Part shown: positions 5,775 through 12,453 of the stretch, piece after piece
Numbering within the stretch: position 1 is the first letter of the stretch
How the letters are laid out: each line of letters starts with the position of its first letter
NCBI GenBank assembly: GCA_964480435.1
Contig: CAYZSS010000025.1
Location: 1 to 12,453 of the forward strand
Origin: an uncultured archaeon
Lineage (GTDB): Archaea > Iainarchaeota > Iainarchaeia > Iainarchaeales > 0-14-0-20-30-16
Length of the DNA stretch: 12,453 nt
Direction: 5' to 3'
The notes under the pieces: generated by a model
Databases searched by the model: none
The model's input: the letters and a program-made list of their open reading frames with translations, nothing else
Told to the model about the DNA's origin: nothing
Made by a program: the position numbers and the translations under genes

Positions 5775-7433
5775 ATGGACAAAAATTTAGATTTTACTAT
5801 TGTTATTGGTGGAAGAGCTGGAGACGGCATAAGACAAACCGGCAATTTAATTGCCAGAACCTTAAACCAGAGGGGGTACCACATCTTTGTTAATGAGGAT
5901 TATCCTTCCCTTATAAGAGGAGGACATAATTTTTCAATAATAAGGTGTAGCACAAACCCGGTCCAAGCTATAAAAGAAAACATAGATATTCTAATAGCAA
6001 TGGATGAAAAAACAATCCAAAAACATAAAAATCTAAATAAAAATTCAGTTATTATTTTTGATTCTTCAGACGAAACAAAGCAAAAAGGAATTGGAATAAA
6101 AATGAAAGAATATGTTTCAGAAAAAAATTACAAACCAATTATGAGAAACACAGTTGCATATGGAACATTATGTAAAATTTTAGGAATAGATTTAAAACTT
6201 GCAAAAAAAATGATTGAAAAAATTATTGGACGTCATGTGAAAGAAAATATTGAACTAGTAGAATACGGTTATAATCAAACAAAAGAAAGTTTTACAAAAT
6301 TAGATATTATAAAAAAAGAAAAAACAGCAATCATAACAGGAAATGAAGCAATAGCATTAGGAGCAGTAAAAGCAGGATTAGAAAATTATTATGCTTACCC
6401 TATGACTCCGGCAACAAGTGTTTTACATTATTTAGCCGAAAACCAAGATAAATTTGGATTAGAAGTTTACCAGCCAGAAAGCGAACTAGCAACAGTAAAT
6501 ATGGCTATCGGAAGTGCATTTGCGGGCAAGAGGTCCATGGTAGGAACTGCAGATGGTGGCTTTGCATTAATGACTGAAGCATTAAGTTTAACAGGCATTT
6601 CAGAAACCCCCTTATTATTTTTTGTATCTCAAAGAGCGGGGCCAGCAACAGGAGTACCAACATATACTTCTCAGGGATCTCTATTGTTTACTGTTTTCGC
6701 AGGTGCAGGAGATTTTCAAAAAATAGTAGTCTGTCCGGGAGATGCAGAAGATTCTTTTGAATATACAGGAAAAGTATTAAATTTGGTTTGGAAATATCAA
6801 ATACCAGGCATTGTTTTAGCAGATAAAGAACTATCTGAAAATACTTACGAATTTAATTTGGAAATTCTAAAAACTGTGAAAAAAGATGAAATAAAATTAA
6901 GCACAGAAAAAAATTATGCACGTTATAAATTCACAGACACAGGTATTTCTCCCTTATTATTCCCTGGGAAAAAAGATGCAGTTGTTAGAGGCACAAGTTA
7001 CGAACATGATGAACATGGAATAACTACAGAAGATTTAAGAATAGTACAAAAAATGCAAGACAAAAGAGCAAAAAAAACAGAGTCATTAATTAATGAATTA
7101 AAGAAAACTAAAACAGCAAACATATTTGGAGATAAAAAATCAAAGACTGCAATAATTTGTTTTGGATCAACAAAAGGAATTTGTAAAGAGGTTGGAGAAA
7201 ACTTAAAACTAAAAGTAATACAACCAATTTTTATAGAACCATTTCCAATTTGGGAAATTGAAAAAGAACTCAAAGGGATTGAAAAAATTATTGTTGTTGA
7301 ATTAAATATGACCGGACAACTAAGCAAAATTCTAACTCAAAATGAAATAAAAATAAACAAGAAAATATTAAAGTATAATTCCAGACCTTTTGTCTATGAA
7401 GAATTACATAAACTTATCAAGGATGTGATATAA
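5775..7433 (+). CDS. 2-oxoacid:ferredoxin oxidoreductase, fused gamma-alpha subunit
   Basis: The N-terminal gamma-type domain reads IVIGGRAGDGIRQTGNLIARTL...YPSLIRGGHN. The alpha domain reads ITGNEAIALGAVKAGLENYYAYPMTPATSV and GGFALMTEALSLTGISETPLLFFVSQRAGPATGVPT. No delta (ferredoxin-like) subunit is present, as in two-subunit Sulfolobus-type OFORs. The 2-oxoacid specificity cannot be read from the sequence. Confidence 0.9.
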   Translation: MDKNLDFTIVIGGRAGDGIRQTGNLIARTLNQRGYHIFVNEDYPSLIRGGHNFSIIRCSTNPVQAIKENIDILIAMDEKTIQKHKNLNKNSVIIFDSSDETKQKGIGIKMKEYVSEKNYKPIMRNTVAYGTLCKILGIDLKLAKKMIEKIIGRHVKENIELVEYGYNQTKESFTKLDIIKKEKTAIITGNEAIALGAVKAGLENYYAYPMTPATSVLHYLAENQDKFGLEVYQPESELATVNMAIGSAFAGKRSMVGTADGGFALMTEALSLTGISETPLLFFVSQRAGPATGVPTYTSQGSLLFTVFAGAGDFQKIVVCPGDAEDSFEYTGKVLNLVWKYQIPGIVLADKELSENTYEFNLEILKTVKKDEIKLSTEKNYARYKFTDTGISPLLFPGKKDAVVRGTSYEHDEHGITTEDLRIVQKMQDKRAKKTESLINELKKTKTANIFGDKKSKTAIICFGSTKGICKEVGENLKLKVIQPIFIEPFPIWEIEKELKGIEKIIVVELNMTGQLSKILTQNEIKINKKILKYNSRPFVYEELHKLIKDVI

Positions 7434-8284
7434 TGAATCCTATAGATTTAAACACATACGCAGAAAATACCTGGTGCCCAGGTTGTGGAAACTTTTCATT
7501 ATTAAATTCTTTTAAGTCCGCAATTTCTGAATTGGTTAATGACAATAAATTAAAAAAAGAAGAAATAGTAATTGTCACAGGAATAGGTTGTCATGGAAAA
7601 ATGTTTGATTACTTAAACCTAAATGGCTTTTACGCCTTACATGGGAGGGCAATCCCCACAGCAGAAGGAATAAAATTAGCAAACAAAAAATTGAATGTAA
7701 TTATTTTTGTTGGTGATGGGGATTGTTATGGAGAAGGAATAGAACACCTAATTTTTGCAGCAAAAAGAAATGCAAATATTACAGTAATTGTCCACAATAA
7801 CCAGAATTATGCCTTAACAACCGGGCAATTTACGCCTACAAGCCCATGGGGTTACAAAGGAAAATCAAAACCACAGGGTATTTTTGAATTACCACTAAAT
7901 CCAATAAAATTAATGCTCTCAAGCAATGCAAGTTTTGTAGCAAGAGGATTCGCAGGAGATATAGATCATTTAAAAAATATTTTCAAAGAGGGAATAACAC
8001 ATAACGGCTTTTCTTTTATAGAAGTTATACAACCAGAAGTTACTTGGTTAGATACTTGGGGATTTTATAGAGCACATACAAAAAAGATTCCAGAAAACCA
8101 CGATTTATCAAATCAGGAACATGCTATGAAGTATGCAAATGAATTTGATTATCTAAATGTAGAGGATACCCAAATGTCGTTAGGCATTTTTTACAAAAAG
8201 TCAAGAAAAGATTTTGAAGACCTAGAAAAGATAAAAGATGAAAAACAAGATATGAAAAAACACCTTCTAAATCGGCATTATTAG
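7433..8284 (+). CDS. 2-oxoacid:ferredoxin oxidoreductase, beta (TPP-binding) subunit
   Basis: Motifs include WCPGCGNF and GIGCHG, plus the TPP motif GDGDCYGEGIEHL...VHNNQNYALTTGQ. The ATG overlaps the upstream TAA as TAATG (7431-7435), preceded by the SD-like AAGGATGTGAT. Confidence 0.9.
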   Translation: MNPIDLNTYAENTWCPGCGNFSLLNSFKSAISELVNDNKLKKEEIVIVTGIGCHGKMFDYLNLNGFYALHGRAIPTAEGIKLANKKLNVIIFVGDGDCYGEGIEHLIFAAKRNANITVIVHNNQNYALTTGQFTPTSPWGYKGKSKPQGIFELPLNPIKLMLSSNASFVARGFAGDIDHLKNIFKEGITHNGFSFIEVIQPEVTWLDTWGFYRAHTKKIPENHDLSNQEHAMKYANEFDYLNVEDTQMSLGIFYKKSRKDFEDLEKIKDEKQDMKKHLLNRHY

Positions 8285-8294
8285 ACAAAAAGAA

Positions 8295-8300
8295 TTTATA
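8295..8300 (+). promoter_or_regulatory. TATA element (TTTATA) for the multi-HTH gene
   Basis: It is centred about 26 nt upstream of the ATG at 8324. Confidence 0.4.
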
Positions 8301-8323
8301 CTTCCTCCCATCTATTTTTTATT

Positions 8324-9298
8324 ATGCCTAGGCCACTTGGAAGAAAAGCAAAAAATTATGGTAAACAAAGAGCTAAACAAATAGCTACATTTAGACTGTA
8401 TCTGGGCCAGGCAAGAGAAATAATCAGGCAAAGAGGATCCATAACAGCTACTTTTTTAACACAAAACGGAATCCCTAGAAATATGGCAGACAGGGTTTTA
8501 ACACACCTTGAACAACAAGGAGAACATATACCCCCTCCAGAAAGAGTACGAGCTCAAGGACAAAGAGCAGTAGAAGCAATAAAAAGAAGAGAAAAATTAA
8601 AAGCCAGTTTAGATTCAGGGGCACAAATATCTGACATATTAACTCTTACTCAATACTCAGGAAAATCCGGAACTGAATTATTAGCTTCTGATCTTAATGC
8701 AATAAGGAAGTATTATGACCCTTCTTTTTCAATAAGAATGGCAATTCCCGCTAATCCAAGAGTAGCAAGAATGATAATGTTAATTAAAGAAAATCCAAAC
8801 ATATCACAAAAAGAACTTGCAAAAAATATAGGAGTAAGCACAAGCACAATAAGAGATCTGCTTACCTTAGTTTCAGACCGGATTAAAAATCTTAGAATTT
8901 TTCCAGGCAGTAGATTTTCGGTAGGTGAACTTAGAAGCCAAAATATCACAATATTAATTGAATATTTAAAAGGAACAAAACTCAAAGACATTGCAGAAAT
9001 GATAAATAAAGAACTTGCAAAAAAAAGAAGCCCACATAGGCTGACAATGACAAATGTAGCTCACCGCTTAAAATACGCCGCAAAACCAGACGAAGACACC
9101 CCCAGAAGAGCTAGCGGACCAACACAATATACTAAGGAACAACTGGCAATACAGAATAAAGAAATAAAAAACCTTGCAAAAACAAATATTGGTCCAGCTG
9201 AAATTGCGAGACTTGTTACAAAAAAAACAGGTATGACAGTAACAGGAGACCAAGTTTATGCCAGACTAGCATGGTGGAAGAAAAGGGGACTTATTTAG
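8324..9298 (+). CDS. Orphan basic protein made of about five consecutive helix-turn-helix modules; family not recognised
   Basis: There are five segments with the pattern helix, G/N turn, helix, turn, recognition helix. Examples are IIRQRGSITATFLTQNGIPRNMADRVLTHLE, LDSGAQISDILTLTQYSGKSGTELLASDLNAIRK, IKENPNISQKELAKNIGVSTSTIRDLLTLV, LKGTKLKDIAEMINKEL...MTNVAHRLKY and AKTNIGPAEIARLVTKKTGMTVTGDQVYARLAWW. No enzymatic motif was seen. Confidence 0.7.
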   Translation: MPRPLGRKAKNYGKQRAKQIATFRLYLGQAREIIRQRGSITATFLTQNGIPRNMADRVLTHLEQQGEHIPPPERVRAQGQRAVEAIKRREKLKASLDSGAQISDILTLTQYSGKSGTELLASDLNAIRKYYDPSFSIRMAIPANPRVARMIMLIKENPNISQKELAKNIGVSTSTIRDLLTLVSDRIKNLRIFPGSRFSVGELRSQNITILIEYLKGTKLKDIAEMINKELAKKRSPHRLTMTNVAHRLKYAAKPDEDTPRRASGPTQYTKEQLAIQNKEIKNLAKTNIGPAEIARLVTKKTGMTVTGDQVYARLAWWKKRGLI

Positions 9299-9305
9299 AA
9301 TACTA

Positions 9306-9310
9306 TTTTT
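9306..9310 (+). terminator. Oligo-T tract after the multi-HTH gene, a possible terminator
   Basis: A T5 run lies 8 nt after the stop. It is followed by a weak hairpin, TTACT-aagt-AGTAA. Confidence is low in AT-rich DNA. Confidence 0.25.
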
Positions 9311-9409
9311 CACACTTACTAAGTAGTAATAACAACAGTTGCTATTTCCCCCAGAAAAAAAATATTGGTTGTTTTCTATTACTATTTAAAAAATACGGAC
9401 AGGTTTATT

Positions 9410-9417
9410 TTTAAATA
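9410..9417 (+). promoter_or_regulatory. TATA box (TTTAAATA) for the methyltransferase gene
   Basis: It is an exact consensus match centred about 25 nt upstream of the ATG at 9438. Confidence 0.45.
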
Positions 9418-9437
9418 ATCCTTTACTATAAGCTAAT

Positions 9438-10370
9438 ATGCAAACCAGAGAGATACCCACAAGTTTTATTGAAAAGATAAAAACAATCCTTCCTGAAGAC
9501 GAGATAGAGGATTTCAAAAAAGCCCTTGTTGAATCTCCATTAAAAGCCTTTAGAATTAATACTTTAAGAGGAAACGCTAAAGAAGTTAAAGAATCCTTTG
9601 CTACAAAAGGGATAGATATTATACCCATGCCATTTTACAAACATGGTTTTTTTGTAAAATCTTTTTCTATATCCCTAGGAAATACTCTTGAGCATTTTTT
9701 AGGAAAGATTTACGTCCAAGACGCAAGTTCTATGCTACCTGTGATTCCACTTGAAGCACAAAAAAATGAATCTATTCTGGATTTAGCCGCTGCCCCTGGG
9801 TCAAAAACAACACAAATTGCAATGAATATGCAAAACGAGGGGTTAATAATTGCAAATGAACCAAATCAAAAAAGAATACAAGCCCTACAAGACAATTTAG
9901 AACGAGCAGGAGTATTAAACACAGTAATAACAAAAAATGATGGCAGATTTTTTAAGAAAATGTCAAATTCTTTTGATAAAATTCTATTAGACGCGCCTTG
10001 CTCACTAGAAGGAACAATGTTTAAAGATGAAAAAGTAAAACATAGGTGGAGCCAACATTTTGTAAATAGCTCTGCAAAATTAGAATATGATTTATTACAA
10101 TCAGCAATTATTTCTGCAAAACCTGGTGCAACAATAATTTATTCCACTTGCACAATATCTCCTGAAGAAAATGAGGCAGTAATTAATAAAGCGATAAACG
10201 AATTTGATATTGAAATAAAAAACGTAGAATTTGATAAATTAAATTGTTCCCAAGGAATAACAAACTATAATAATTTAGAATTTGATAAAAGTGTAAAGAG
10301 GTGTATAAGAATATGGCCGCACAAAGCAAAAATAGGGGCTTTTTTCCTAACAAAAATTCAAAAAAAGTAG
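9438..10370 (+). CDS. NOL1/NOP2/Sun (RsmB/RsmF/Trm4-type) RNA cytosine-C5 methyltransferase, N-terminal and catalytic domains only
   Basis: YVQDASSMLPV and DLAAAPGSKTT form the SAM motif I. The two catalytic Cys motifs are DAPCSLEG and YSTCTISPEENE. The terminal IGAFFLTKIQKK matches the usual end of the catalytic domain. Confidence 0.85.
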   Translation: MQTREIPTSFIEKIKTILPEDEIEDFKKALVESPLKAFRINTLRGNAKEVKESFATKGIDIIPMPFYKHGFFVKSFSISLGNTLEHFLGKIYVQDASSMLPVIPLEAQKNESILDLAAAPGSKTTQIAMNMQNEGLIIANEPNQKRIQALQDNLERAGVLNTVITKNDGRFFKKMSNSFDKILLDAPCSLEGTMFKDEKVKHRWSQHFVNSSAKLEYDLLQSAIISAKPGATIIYSTCTISPEENEAVINKAINEFDIEIKNVEFDKLNCSQGITNYNNLEFDKSVKRCIRIWPHKAKIGAFFLTKIQKK

Positions 10371-10849
10371 AATATAAACTTTTAAGTAGCAAAGAATTAA
10401 TTGTAATTTATAACTATCTTGAGGAACAATTTGGGATCCCGGAAGCAGAATTAAACAAATATGAGTTCATAAAAAGAGGCTTAGATCTTTGGGCATGCAC
10501 AAAAAAATCTTTGCAAGTAATACAATTTGAAGGAATCGGACTTAAATTAAGCACAATTGGATTAAGAGCTATGCGTAACCCTTTTGAAGGTAACAAAAAA
10601 ATAACTACTAATTTCGCACAAGCATTTGGGATGTATGCTACAAAAAACACATATGAATTAAAAGAAGATGAATTGCTCCCTTACCTAAGAGGACAGGACT
10701 TAGAATTAGAGTCAGATATTGGTCGAGGACACAGAATAATAAAATATAACAATAATATTGTGGGCGTTGGTCATGCACAAGAAACAAAAATAATAAACCA
10801 AATACCTAAAAGCAGGTTTATAAAAAATTGGAATATAAAATCAGTCTAG
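10313..10849 (+). CDS. RsmF-type C-terminal (pre-PUA/PUA-like) RNA-binding domain, encoded in the -1 frame relative to the methyltransferase; either a separate overlapping gene or the frameshifted continuation from about 10361
   Basis: GRGHRIIKYNNNIVGVGHAQETKIINQIPKSR resembles the G-x-vlv-y-g-x-LG-x-gk...lKN-x-yPk..R ending of RsmF-like C-terminal domains (recalled from memory). The track start at 10301 is GTG. The ATG at 10313 is preceded by GAGGTG (10298-10303). Residues encoded before about 10361 overlap the conserved end of the upstream gene and look like out-of-frame noise. Confidence 0.65.
   Translation: MAAQSKNRGFFPNKNSKKVEYKLLSSKELIVIYNYLEEQFGIPEAELNKYEFIKRGLDLWACTKKSLQVIQFEGIGLKLSTIGLRAMRNPFEGNKKITTNFAQAFGMYATKNTYELKEDELLPYLRGQDLELESDIGRGHRIIKYNNNIVGVGHAQETKIINQIPKSRFIKNWNIKSV
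10361..10367 (+). other. A_AAA_AAG heptamer in the zero frame of the methyltransferase, immediately followed by TAG; a candidate -1 frameshift site or a homopolymer indel site
   Basis: The zero-frame codons are CAA AAA AAG TAG (10359-10370). The -1 frame reads AAA AAA GTA GAA TAT... = KKVEYKLL, which continues into the 10301..10849 ORF. Confidence 0.4.
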
Positions 10850-11260
10850 AGAATAAATTTCAGAGCCATTTTTTATTTTATTTCTTTTTGCTTTTTTTAT
10901 TAAATAGTGAACTGAACTTTTTGGTAGACCAGTTTTTTTCTCTATTTCCCTATATGAAAATCCAGATTTATAAAGTGCCAGAGCTTTTTTCATTTTTTCA
11001 GGATCTTGTGCTATAGGCCTTCCAGGCAAACGTTCATAAGTAATCTTAACTTTTTTTCTAAACAAATAAGATTTTACTTTTTCCGCAAGCCTTCCAAAAG
11101 TAGATTTAGGCATAAATAATTCTTTTTTTTCTTTAAAATATTTCTCATATTCTTTTGTTTTCACAGGCCTAACTAGATGCACTTTATGTTTTGTTTTTTT
11201 TCCTTTTCTAACAATTTCTTTCATATTATCCCACGTGCACTTCTTACTCTTAAATTTCAT
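10841..11260 (-). CDS. Small, highly basic DNA-binding protein with a C-terminal resolvase/HTH_7-type helix-turn-helix
   Basis: GRPIAQDPEKMKKALALYKSGFSYREIEKKTGLPKSSVHYLIKKAKR fits the resolvase-type HTH pattern. The N-terminal half is Lys-rich. The track start at 11263 is GTG. The ATG at 11260-11258 overlaps the RNase Z TGA stop (11262-11260) as TGATG. Confidence 0.7.
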   Translation of the reverse strand: MKFKSKKCTWDNMKEIVRKGKKTKHKVHLVRPVKTKEYEKYFKEKKELFMPKSTFGRLAEKVKSYLFRKKVKITYERLPGRPIAQDPEKMKKALALYKSGFSYREIEKKTGLPKSSVHYLIKKAKRNKIKNGSEIYSLD

Positions 11261-12171
11261 CACTTTAATTCAAAAGAATTCAGATCAGTTCCAAAAACAA
11301 TTTCTTTTGATTTATATTTCTTTTTTATTTTATCTAAATCTTCCAGATATCTATTACTATAATTAAATAAAATTAATTTTTTTACTTTCGCTTTTTTTGA
11401 TATTTTTATTACATCTTCTAAAATAGAGTGTTTTGTTTCTTTTGCTTGTTTTTTATGTTCATTCAAAAAACAAGATTCGTGGAAAAGCAAATCCGCACCT
11501 TTAATAAAAGATTCATAACCAGTATCATCCAGATCTACAAAATAAGCTAATTTTATTCCTTCTTTATTTTTACTATAATCCATTACCATTTCAGGTTTTA
11601 TTTTTTTTCCATTATAGCTTACTATCTCCCCATCTTGTAATTTTTTATATAATGGGCCAGGTGGTAAAAGTTTTTCTGCTTTTTTTCTATTAAACTCACC
11701 AATTTTATTTTTTTCTTTAATTAAAAATCCAAAATTTAATACTCTATGTTTTACTTTTTTTGCATATACTTCAGTATTATTAAAATCTAAAATTTTCCCC
11801 TCTGATAGTTCTTTACAAATTATTTTGTAAGAAACACCAATATTAAAGGCATTTAACATATCTTCAATTCTTTTTTTTATTCCTTTTGGGCCAAAAATAG
11901 TAAGTGGATTTTTTCTTTCTGACAATTCCATTGTTGCCAATAATCCAGGAAGCCCCAAAAAATGATCTGCATGAAAGTGGCTTATAAAAATATTATTTAT
12001 TTTCATAAAACTTATTCCAGACTGCATAATTCTTATTTGCGCACCTTCACAAGCATCAAACAAAAAAACATCCCCATCATGTTGTACAATTAAAGACGAA
12101 GTGAAATTTTCTTTTGTTGGCTTAGATGATACACTTCCTAATAAAACAGCTTTAAACATAATACCACTCAT
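11260..12171 (-). CDS. rnz: Ribonuclease Z (tRNA 3' endonuclease, metallo-beta-lactamase fold)
   Basis: The HxHxDH motif is in ISHFHADHFLGLPGLL, with FLFDACEGAQ upstream. C-terminal motifs are LFHESCF...AKETKHS and LILFNYSNRY. Candidate starts are 12192, 12171 and 12159. I chose 12171 because TTTTATAT (complement of 12191-12198) is centred about 24 nt upstream. Confidence 0.85.
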   Translation of the reverse strand: MSGIMFKAVLLGSVSSKPTKENFTSSLIVQHDGDVFLFDACEGAQIRIMQSGISFMKINNIFISHFHADHFLGLPGLLATMELSERKNPLTIFGPKGIKKRIEDMLNAFNIGVSYKIICKELSEGKILDFNNTEVYAKKVKHRVLNFGFLIKEKNKIGEFNRKKAEKLLPPGPLYKKLQDGEIVSYNGKKIKPEMVMDYSKNKEGIKLAYFVDLDDTGYESFIKGADLLFHESCFLNEHKKQAKETKHSILEDVIKISKKAKVKKLILFNYSNRYLEDLDKIKKKYKSKEIVFGTDLNSFELK

Positions 12172-12190
12172 ATAATATAAAACACAATAC

Positions 12191-12198
12191 ATATAAAA
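12191..12198 (-). promoter_or_regulatory. TATA element (TTTTATAT on the minus strand) for the RNase Z/HTH operon
   Basis: It is located between the upstream gene's stop (12204-12202) and the RNase Z start candidates. Confidence 0.35.
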
Positions 12199-12201
12199 TA
12201 T

Positions 12202-12453
12202 CTACACATCTTGCCTTTTTAAAAATTCTTTGGTAATCTCTTCTCTCAAAATAGAATCTATTTTTTTAACATCTGGATTACTAAGCGCTCTTGGATACCT
12301 TGGATTTTTTCTATCATTTATCCAAGGATAGTTCCAAAATTCAGTATTTTTTACAAAGTTACGCGCAAACTGTTCTGAATATTCTAAACACCCAGTTAAA
12401 ATTACATCAATATAAGACTGTATTATTGGACTTTCAGAAGATGGTTTTCCCGG
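12202..12453 (-). CDS. C-terminal 83 codons of an unidentified protein; the 5' end lies beyond the window
   Basis: Hand translation of the reverse strand is open from the window edge to the TAG at 12204-12202. It reads PGKPSSESPIIQSYIDVILTGCLEYSEQFARNFVKNTEFWNYPWINDRKNPRYPRALSNPDVKKIDSILREEITKEFLKRQDV*. It is not in the track because no start lies in the window. I do not recognise the family. Confidence 0.55.
   Translation of the reverse strand, partial: PGKPSSESPIIQSYIDVILTGCLEYSEQFARNFVKNTEFWNYPWINDRKNPRYPRALSNPDVKKIDSILREEITKEFLKRQDV

Noticed and set aside
8324-9298. Elevated GC of the multi-HTH gene as evidence for horizontal transfer
   Set aside because: My hand count of a 100-nt sample gave about 37% GC, against about 17-20% in part of the RNase Z gene. 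However, a conserved core of the OFOR alpha gene (6481-6580) counted about 48%. Local GC therefore tracks protein conservation here and is not diagnostic. Only the Arg/Lys usage remains mildly unusual.
10841-11260. A resolvase-type HTH protein as evidence of a transposon or IS element
   Set aside because: There is no serine-recombinase or DDE catalytic domain. I saw no flanking inverted repeats. The gene is translationally coupled to housekeeping RNase Z.
1095-11362. Short ORFs in the track at 1095..1355(-), 2468..2650(+), 4830..5042(-), 4913..5158(-), 6998..7327(-), 8713..8991(-), 9068..9253(-), 9386..9628(-), 10183..10392(-), 10414..10650(-), 10828..11016(+) and 11177..11362(+)
   Set aside because: All of them overlap, on the opposite strand, longer ORFs with recognisable protein-family motifs. 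They have low-complexity, hydrophobic, junk-like translations. They are typical shadow ORFs.
3699-12171. A tRNA-maturation gene cluster theme (intron-containing tRNA, NSUN m5C methyltransferase, RNase Z in one window)
   Set aside because: The genes are in separate transcription units on different strands, interspersed with unrelated metabolism and membrane genes. In a compact genome this co-occurrence is likely coincidental.
1-12453. CRISPR arrays, rRNA genes and long direct or inverted DNA repeats
   Set aside because: Visual scanning found no regularly spaced repeat-spacer structure and no rRNA-like conserved blocks. The only tandem repeat found is the in-frame 129-nt coding repeat at 4843-5229.

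Overview
This is an AT-rich window that looks archaeal. The evidence is a tRNA intron with a textbook bulge-helix-bulge motif, TTTAAATA-type TATA boxes about 25 nt upstream of most lead-gene ATGs, a two-subunit 2-oxoacid:ferredoxin oxidoreductase, Lrp/AsnC, RNase Z and an NSUN-type RNA methyltransferase. The gene density and composition suggest a small-genome, DPANN-like archaeon, but that is inference only. Gene order is as follows. (1) A partial LivJ-like ABC substrate-binding protein (-) lies divergent from an internally duplicated Lrp/AsnC regulator (+). (2) A minus-strand operon encodes an SdpI/DUF1648 membrane protein, an unannotated 54-aa two-TM micropeptide and a small radical SAM protein. 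(3) tRNA-Gly(CCC) carries an 85-nt intron. (4) An orphan ORF has a weak, degenerate RelA/SpoT-like motif pattern. (5) A secreted lipoprotein carries three 43-aa repeats. (6) OFOR gamma-alpha and beta subunits follow. (7) A 324-aa protein is built from about five HTH modules. (8) An RsmF/NSUN m5C methyltransferase has its C-terminal PUA-type domain in the -1 frame, and the frame break sits exactly on an A_AAA_AAG heptamer followed by TAG. (9) A minus-strand RNase Z gene is coupled to a basic resolvase-type HTH protein gene. (10) A partial unknown CDS (-) ends the window. I saw no CRISPR array, rRNA or clear mobile element. The most notable items are the candidate -1 frameshift or split methyltransferase, the multi-HTH orphan protein, the SdpI-micropeptide-radical SAM operon, and an OFOR beta subunit that seems to lack the fourth Fe-S cysteine.
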